A stretch of DNA of 64,000 bases from Actinomycetes bacterium (GTDB taxonomy: Bacteria > Actinomycetota > Actinomycetes > Propionibacteriales > Propionibacteriaceae). Below are positions 58,333-64,000 of this stretch, in pieces. The translations under genes were made by a program, and so were the position numbers. The stretch is taken from contig JAJZQV010000003.1 of the NCBI GenBank assembly GCA_021803025.1, positions 20,634 to 84,633 on the forward strand. Reading direction: 5' to 3'. The notes below the pieces were generated by a model. It was not told where the DNA came from and searched no databases. It saw only the letters and a list, made by a program, of their open reading frames with translations. Position 1 is the first letter of the stretch; each line of letters starts with the position of its first letter.

Positions 58333-58363
58333 GCCACCGAGCCTAGTGCCCTGACGGCCCGCC

Positions 58364-58735
58364 CTAGCGGCGAAGCCCCGGTCCGGGGTCGGCGTCCGTG
58401 AGCAGCGTGAGATGTCCCCGCCGCGCGAGCTCGACGACGTTCGCGGGCCGCTTGGGAGCCTCCTCGCCGAAGCCGGCGGCCTGGCGGACGGCATCCGCGA
58501 GCGCCATGAGGTCGTCGCTCGAGTGGGCGGGGTGCTGGTCGTCGAGGGGAAGGCGGATGACGTCCCAGCCACGAGGGGCCGACAGGCTCTGCGAGTGCGC
58601 CCGGCACAGGTCGTAGCACCCGGGCTCGGCCCGCAGCGCCAGAGGCCCGAGGACCGCGGTGGAGTCGGCGTAGACGTACGTGAGCGTGGCGATGGCAGCG
58701 TCCGAGCAGCCCGTCCTCGAGCAGCGCCTTCTCAC
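58364..58735 (-). CDS. DUF3499-like protein
   Basis: MRRRCSRTGCSDAAIATLTYVYADSTAVLGPLA..YDLCRAH. Confidence 0.75.
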   Translation of the reverse strand: MRRRCSRTGCSDAAIATLTYVYADSTAVLGPLALRAEPGCYDLCRAHSQSLSAPRGWDVIRLPLDDQHPAHSSDDLMALADAVRQAAGFGEEAPKRPANVVELARRGHLTLLTDADPGPGLRR

Positions 58736-58837
58736 GCAGGCACGCTAGCCCCCCTCACCGTGCCGGGTGCGGATTGGGCGCGCATGTCGCCGACATGGAC
58801 CCCGGGTGCCCGGGCCGCGAGAAGTAGAGTGTGGCGC

Positions 58838-59272
58838 ATGCCGGACCGCCGCGACCGCCACCAGCGAGGCATGCGTGGTCCGCTCGCACCTGCCAACAGT
58901 GTCGCGGGCAAGGCTCTACGACGTGACCGGCCTGTCTCGCGCTCGGAGTTCTTCCTCCAGAGCCTCTCGGAGTCCCTCGCACGCATCTCGGCGGCCGCGC
59001 CGGAGGCCCTCGTCGGCGTCGACGTCGGGCTGGAGGACGTCCCGGACATGGCGGGCCAGTGGTCGAGCCGGGTGCCGTTGGCGGCCGCTCAGGAGGCGAC
59101 ATCGACATCTCCGGCGCGCATCGTCGTGTACCGGCGGCCGATCGAGCACCGGGCGACGACCCGTCGCCAGCTACGGGCCCTCATCCACGGCACGCTCGTC
59201 GAGCAGGTGGCCGCCCTCACGGGAATCCCCGTGGATCGGCTCGACCCCGACGAGGAGGACGACGAGGACTGA
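58838..59272 (+). CDS. Conserved small acidic-tailed protein (metallopeptidase-family-like, no intact HExxH seen)
   Basis: ATG 58838. 144 aa with C-terminal DPDEEDDED. It occupies the conserved position divergent from the DUF3499 gene. Confidence 0.55.
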   Translation: MPDRRDRHQRGMRGPLAPANSVAGKALRRDRPVSRSEFFLQSLSESLARISAAAPEALVGVDVGLEDVPDMAGQWSSRVPLAAAQEATSTSPARIVVYRRPIEHRATTRRQLRALIHGTLVEQVAALTGIPVDRLDPDEEDDED

Positions 59273-59279
59273 TCCTCGC

Positions 59280-60590
59280 TCAGGCGAGGTTGGGGTCCAG
59301 CGTCGGCGAGACCTGGACGTCCCCCGGGCCACCAGGCCCCCATGCGGCCACGCCGAGCCCGGTGACCGAGCCGAGCTTCTCCACGATGGTCGAGAGCCGG
59401 AGGTCGGGCGAGTCGGTGGCGAGCTCGGCCGCCGTCCCGGTCGTCATGGGAACCTGCACAGTGGTGCCGGGATCGACCGTCACCGTCTGCGTGTCGACCA
59501 TCGAGGCGCCGTTGCGCAGCGTCACTCTGAGGGACGCCGCCGTCGCACCCGGGTTGGACGCCACCAGCACGCTGCCGGCGACCATCGGCACCACGGACAC
59601 GCCGTGGAACGCGGGTCGCGCGGGCGAGACGGCGAGGTCACCGCCTGCACCCGACGACCACACCGCGGCGACCACCGGCTGGGTCGCCGTGACCTGAACG
59701 CCCGCCACGTCGCCTGCCAGGGCAGCGTCGAGGGGGACGGTGACGGTCGCTCCGGCCTCGACGGGGACAGCATCCGCTCCCGCGGCGACGAACGCACCGC
59801 CGGCGGCGAGCACCTCCGCCTTCACGGTCGTACGGCGGTCTGAGGTGTTCGTGACGACGAGGCTGCGCGAGCCGGGACCGCCCGGGATGCCGGCGATCGT
59901 CGCGGAGGTCGCGGCGGGGGCGGACGCCGAGACCCAGTCGTTCCCGCCGGCACCCGTGACACGGGCGTACGTGGACGTACGTCCCTGAGACGCGGTCACG
60001 ACGGCCGTCACGGTCCCCCCGCCGGACACGAGCGGAGCGAGCGGGACCTGGCGCGTGCTGTTCCCGAGGACGCTCAGCCCCCGGGACCCCTGCGTGTCCA
60101 GGCGTCCCTTGGGCCCGTAGAACGCGATGTCCACCGTCGCCTGCGTCGGGTCCGGGTTGGCGACGAGGAGCGAGACCGAGTGCGTGGCGTCGGACACGAG
60201 CCCGACGAACGCCTGCTCGACCGACGGCGCACTGCACGACGCGAGCCACAGTCCCTTGACGGGCCCGTTGGCCGCCGTCGCCGAGGAGAAGCCGCCGATG
60301 GCCTGGCTGCCGGACAGGACGTGCGGCTGAGCCGTACCCGTCACGCCGTTCGAGGGGACCGGTGCGGTGGTCGTGGTCTGGATCGCGCGCCCGGACACGT
60401 CACCGGTGTCGGCCCCCATCACGGTGGTGGACAGGACAGCGGGGTCGTGCGAGGGGCAGACCAGGGACTGCGTCCCCGTGACGGTGACCGAGGTTGCAGG
60501 GACCGTCCGGGATGGGACGAAGGTCAGGCCGGTCGTCGCCAGCGCCACGAGGACCAGCGCGACGACGGCCCGCCACAGCCGAGGCGTCAT
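59280..60590 (-). CDS. DUF5719-like secreted/anchored protein
   Basis: ATG 60590 overlaps the stop of the GT2 gene (ATGA). N-terminal TM/signal MTPRLWRAVVALVLVALATTGL. Ala/Thr/Val/Gly-rich beta-type sequence. Confidence 0.7.
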   Translation of the reverse strand: MTPRLWRAVVALVLVALATTGLTFVPSRTVPATSVTVTGTQSLVCPSHDPAVLSTTVMGADTGDVSGRAIQTTTTAPVPSNGVTGTAQPHVLSGSQAIGGFSSATAANGPVKGLWLASCSAPSVEQAFVGLVSDATHSVSLLVANPDPTQATVDIAFYGPKGRLDTQGSRGLSVLGNSTRQVPLAPLVSGGGTVTAVVTASQGRTSTYARVTGAGGNDWVSASAPAATSATIAGIPGGPGSRSLVVTNTSDRRTTVKAEVLAAGGAFVAAGADAVPVEAGATVTVPLDAALAGDVAGVQVTATQPVVAAVWSSGAGGDLAVSPARPAFHGVSVVPMVAGSVLVASNPGATAASLRVTLRNGASMVDTQTVTVDPGTTVQVPMTTGTAAELATDSPDLRLSTIVEKLGSVTGLGVAAWGPGGPGDVQVSPTLDPNLA

Positions 60591-63500
60591 GACGCGCCTC
60601 CCAGGGATCGGCGGCCCACGCTCTCCTCCACGACGGCGGAGTGCCGGCCAGGGCGGTAGTCGTCGGACTCGCGGCTCACGGCCGGTGCGGCGAAGAGTGC
60701 GAGCAGCAGCACGGCGACGAGCTGTGCCAGCGCGAGCCACCCCGACCACCGGTCCGGTGCGAGCTGCACGGTCACGGGACCGGTCTGGCCCGTGAGGGCG
60801 AAGGCCGGTCGCCAGTCGGGTGACGTCGTACGGTCGAGCGCGACGCCACCCACCGACACCCGCCACCTGGGGTCGGCAGCGTCGGAGAGCAGCAGGGTGC
60901 CCGTGGCGCCCGACTCGATCGAGCCGGTCACCGACCGCGTCCCGTCGGACCGGACGAGCAGCACCCGGGACGGTCGGCTCGTGACGGTGAAGACCGTCGT
61001 GCCGTTCGAGGTGCCGCCCCGAGAGATACCGGGGGACGCGGCGAGCGCAGCGCTGACCTCGGGCGTGACGCCGCGGACCTGCACGTACAGGACGGCGAGT
61101 GCGCTGAGCTCCGAGGCGATCTCGTCGTCCTGGCGGGCCGCGGCGATCTGCGCGACGACCCTTTCGGCCGCGGTGCGCACCTCCGGCTCGACCGGTGTCA
61201 GCCCGGTCTCCCCGTCACCCCAGACCGTGTGGTCGGCCTGGTGGAGCAGCCACCTGACCTGGCCGCCCGAGAGCGAGACGATGAGCGTACGCGCGTGGAG
61301 GTCGCTGCTCTCGCTGTCCGCGATGTACGGAGGGAGGGCGCTCGACTGGCCACGGTGGAGAGGCGAACCCAAGCCCCCGACAACGAACCAGCCGAGCGAC
61401 ACGAGCGTCAGCACGGCGCCGACGCCCACGACGACGGCGCTCACGGCCTGGCCGCTTCCGAAGCTCTGCGCGGCGAGTCGCCGTCGGGCCTGGTCGAGCC
61501 CGGACACCGTCGCGACGACGAGGCAGCCGAGACCGGCCACGAGCCACATCGTGACGGCGGGACGTACGGGGCCGGTCGCCACAGGCACGACCGTACGGCT
61601 GAGGAGCGCGGCAAGGACGACCAGGCCCGTGCCGCCCGCGGCGAACCGCCAGCTCCCGGCCGTCTGTGCGGTGGCGAGGGCGGTGCCCACCCACAGCAGC
61701 CCCACGACCACGGCAGACAGCCACACGGGCGGGAGGCCGTCACCTGCCGAGCGACCCAGGAACAGCCACCACGCGGGGACTGTGGCGGACGAGGCGAGCA
61801 TCGGATCGGGCCCCGTGAGCAGGCGCCACGGGAACCGTACGAGCGAGGGCACCCACGGCGCCAGGACGGCCAGGGGGATCAGCGCGGCCACGATCGCGCG
61901 CACGAGGCCGCCGCGACGGGCGCCCACGACGACGAGCGCGGCCCCGCCGAGGAGGAACGAGAGCGGAGCGATCGCGGCCGCGACCGTGAGCAGCAGCGCC
62001 GCCCAGGCGGGCTCGCGCAGCCGGTCCACGACGGTCCCGGAGCCCGGCCACCGGTCGAGCGACGCCGCGTACAGGGGCAGGAGCACCGCCCACACCGCGA
62101 GCCAGACCTCGCCGCGCGCGTAGCCGGCGACGAGGGCGGGCAGCAGGGCATACGCGAGGGCGGCTGTCCAGCGGAGCCGCGCGCTCCGGACGAACGGCTG
62201 GAGGAAGGCGGCCATGGCGAGGCATGCGGCCGGTACCGCGAGCCACAGGGCGGCCACCGCCGCCCAGGTCGGGACGATGCCGATCCCGGAGGCGACTGCG
62301 GCCATCCCCTCCCACGGCGCCGGGCGTACCGGCGCTCCTGCAGGCCGCTGGACGTACGACAGGACAGCGGCGCCCACGCTGCCTGGTGCCGCCAGCAGCT
62401 CGGTGGAGGTGAGGACGCCGGAGCCGACGAGCCGCCGGCCGGCGACAAGCAGGGCGACCACGCCCAGGCCGCCGGCCACCCAGGGCCAGACCGCCTTCGC
62501 GCGGATCGGCCCGCCCGCGTAGTCGTCCCCCGTGAGCTCGTCGAGGCTCAGCTCGCTCGAGCTCGTGAGCACGCGCAGTCGCTCCTGCAACGTGGTCCAG
62601 ACGGTCTCGGCGAAGCGCGTGACACCGGACAGCCTGTGCGGCCTGAGACGCGCCACCCTGCGGCGCGTCTCTTTCGTCGCCCCCAGTCGCCGGATCCGAC
62701 GCCGGAGAGACCGGGTGCCCTTGCCGGACGTGATGAGGTCGCGCAGCGCCTGGAGCTCCTCCAGGCTCGCCTCCGGTCGCTTGCCGATGAGAAGGCCCAG
62801 CGCTGACAGCAGGGTGCCGAGCGTGAGCCGCAACAGGGCCCACATGGCCCCGAGCCCCCGATGATGAGCGAGGACCGTACACATGCCGAGGTAGCGGTCG
62901 TACCCCGTCTCGGTCCGGTGGCGCTGCTCGGCGAGGGTCCCCGTCCGCAGGCCTCGTAGGGAGGCCTGACGGTGGACGATGTGAGCGTCTGGACAGGTCA
63001 CGACGGTGGCACCTGCCAGGGTCGCTCGCCAGCCGAGCTCCACACCGTCGCGGTGCATCGGGATGGCGGGGTCGAAGCCGCCGAGCCGCTCGAACTCAGA
63101 CCAGCGGACGAGCATCCCGCAGGTCGAGCCTCCGAGGACGGGCTCGGGGTCGTGCTGCCCCTGGCCGATCTCACCGGGCTCAAGGCCCAGCTCGCGCCGC
63201 CCGGCGTGGGAGATCGACGCCCCCAGCTCTGAGATGCGTGGAGCGTCGCGGCGGCGTCCGGGCCGGACGAGCATCGGTACGACGATGGCCGCGTCGGGAG
63301 TCTTCACCGTCTGGGCGAGGAGCCGTTGCAGGGAGTCGGGAGCGACGCTCACGTCGTCGTGGAGGAGCCAGAGCCACTCGGTCTGCTCACGTCCGTCGAG
63401 CGCGGCGGCGACGGCCTCCCCGAAGCCCCATCCGGCCTGACCCTGTACGACCTCGTCGATGCTCGTGCCCACCGCGGAGGCGAGGATCTCGCCCGTCGCG

Positions 63501-63700
63501 TCGTCGGACCCGTTGTCCACCGCGATGACGGTCCCCGGCCGGGTCTTCAGAGCGGCCACCGAGCGGAGCGCATCCTTCAACCAGGACTCGGCGTTCCGGG
63601 CGACCAGAACAGCGGTCACCGTCGACCCTGCAGGGACTTCGGCGACGTGTTCGGGCTCGGCGTCGACCCAGCTCCAGAGCTCGGCGGTGGTGTCGGTCAT
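60587..63700 (-). CDS. Giant GT2-family glycosyltransferase fused to a polytopic membrane domain
   Basis: The N-terminal ~270 aa are GT2 (VTAVLVARNAESWL, VIAVDNGSDDAT, LLHDDV). They are followed by about 750 aa containing many predicted TM helices. 1037 aa in total. Confidence 0.85.
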   Translation of the reverse strand: MTDTTAELWSWVDAEPEHVAEVPAGSTVTAVLVARNAESWLKDALRSVAALKTRPGTVIAVDNGSDDATGEILASAVGTSIDEVVQGQAGWGFGEAVAAALDGREQTEWLWLLHDDVSVAPDSLQRLLAQTVKTPDAAIVVPMLVRPGRRRDAPRISELGASISHAGRRELGLEPGEIGQGQHDPEPVLGGSTCGMLVRWSEFERLGGFDPAIPMHRDGVELGWRATLAGATVVTCPDAHIVHRQASLRGLRTGTLAEQRHRTETGYDRYLGMCTVLAHHRGLGAMWALLRLTLGTLLSALGLLIGKRPEASLEELQALRDLITSGKGTRSLRRRIRRLGATKETRRRVARLRPHRLSGVTRFAETVWTTLQERLRVLTSSSELSLDELTGDDYAGGPIRAKAVWPWVAGGLGVVALLVAGRRLVGSGVLTSTELLAAPGSVGAAVLSYVQRPAGAPVRPAPWEGMAAVASGIGIVPTWAAVAALWLAVPAACLAMAAFLQPFVRSARLRWTAALAYALLPALVAGYARGEVWLAVWAVLLPLYAASLDRWPGSGTVVDRLREPAWAALLLTVAAAIAPLSFLLGGAALVVVGARRGGLVRAIVAALIPLAVLAPWVPSLVRFPWRLLTGPDPMLASSATVPAWWLFLGRSAGDGLPPVWLSAVVVGLLWVGTALATAQTAGSWRFAAGGTGLVVLAALLSRTVVPVATGPVRPAVTMWLVAGLGCLVVATVSGLDQARRRLAAQSFGSGQAVSAVVVGVGAVLTLVSLGWFVVGGLGSPLHRGQSSALPPYIADSESSDLHARTLIVSLSGGQVRWLLHQADHTVWGDGETGLTPVEPEVRTAAERVVAQIAAARQDDEIASELSALAVLYVQVRGVTPEVSAALAASPGISRGGTSNGTTVFTVTSRPSRVLLVRSDGTRSVTGSIESGATGTLLLSDAADPRWRVSVGGVALDRTTSPDWRPAFALTGQTGPVTVQLAPDRWSGWLALAQLVAVLLLALFAAPAVSRESDDYRPGRHSAVVEESVGRRSLGGAS

Positions 63701-63756
63701 GCGCTCCCTCGGTCGTCGGACGGATCCCGCCCGCGATCGGTGAGCCTACACAACGT

Positions 63757-64000
63757 CTAGACGGCCCTCTTCTTGAGACGACGGCGCTCGCGCTCGCTCA
63801 GACCGCCCCAGATGCCGAACCGCTCGTCATGAGCGAGTGCGTACTCGAGGCACTCGGCCCTCACGTCGCACGAACGGCAGACCTTCTTGGCCTCCCGGGT
63901 CGACCCGCCCTTCTCAGGGAAGAACGCCTCAGGATCCGTCTGAGCACACAGGGACCTTTCCTGCCAGCCCAGTGTGCCTTCATCGGCGTCCCCGCCGACC
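63757..64000 (-). CDS. whiB: WhiB-family transcription factor (WhiB2/WhmD-like), 5' end outside window
   Basis: Hand translation of the minus strand gives ..CAQTDPEAFFPEKGGSTREAKKVCRSCDVRAECLEYALAHDERFGIWGGLSERERRRLKKRAV*. Confidence 0.88.
   Translation of the reverse strand, partial: VGGDADEGTLGWQERSLCAQTDPEAFFPEKGGSTREAKKVCRSCDVRAECLEYALAHDERFGIWGGLSERERRRLKKRAV

Overview
High-GC (about 70-80% in core regions) Actinomycetota chromosome segment, almost fully coding. The core backbone is recognisable from the translated ORFs. It includes tRNA-Lys, an NrtR-like regulator with nadA-nadB-nadC, and panB/panD/panC. It also includes dinB, a tightly coupled murI-rph-rdgB-thyA-folA string, clpS with a DUF2017 gene, pncB-pncA and malQ. 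Further along are a Ser/Thr kinase, ahcY, aroQ and the conserved actinobacterial block manB / Trm112 / DUF3499 / DUF5719 / giant GT2 / whiB. Four CUT1-type sugar ABC importers (binding protein plus two permeases, none with an ATPase gene) are interspersed. The most striking structure is a 14.3-kb block (about 14.1-28.4 kb) of visibly lower GC, 53-63% in hand-counted lines. It is bracketed by two direct copies of a tRNA-Leu(TAG) gene plus about 45 bp of its 5' flank. The distal tRNA copy cannot fold canonically. The block carries two LacI-controlled sugar loci, a decayed RhaI-type isomerase pseudogene behind an apparently intact promoter/operator, and a HEPN (Rx4HxY) toxin relic. It has no integrase. 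Other unexplained signals are a nested inverted array of about 52-bp repeats downstream of dinB, a roughly 104-bp palindrome with a perfect 40-bp core between pncA and malQ, and a 16-bp-arm palindrome on the nadA start region. There is also an uncharacterised 545-aa protein at the end of a sugar ABC operon, convergent with a roughly 985-aa glycoside-hydrolase-like gene. I found no CRISPR array, transposase, integrase or complete defence system. Family names are recalled from motifs, not searched, and several start codons are my own choices.
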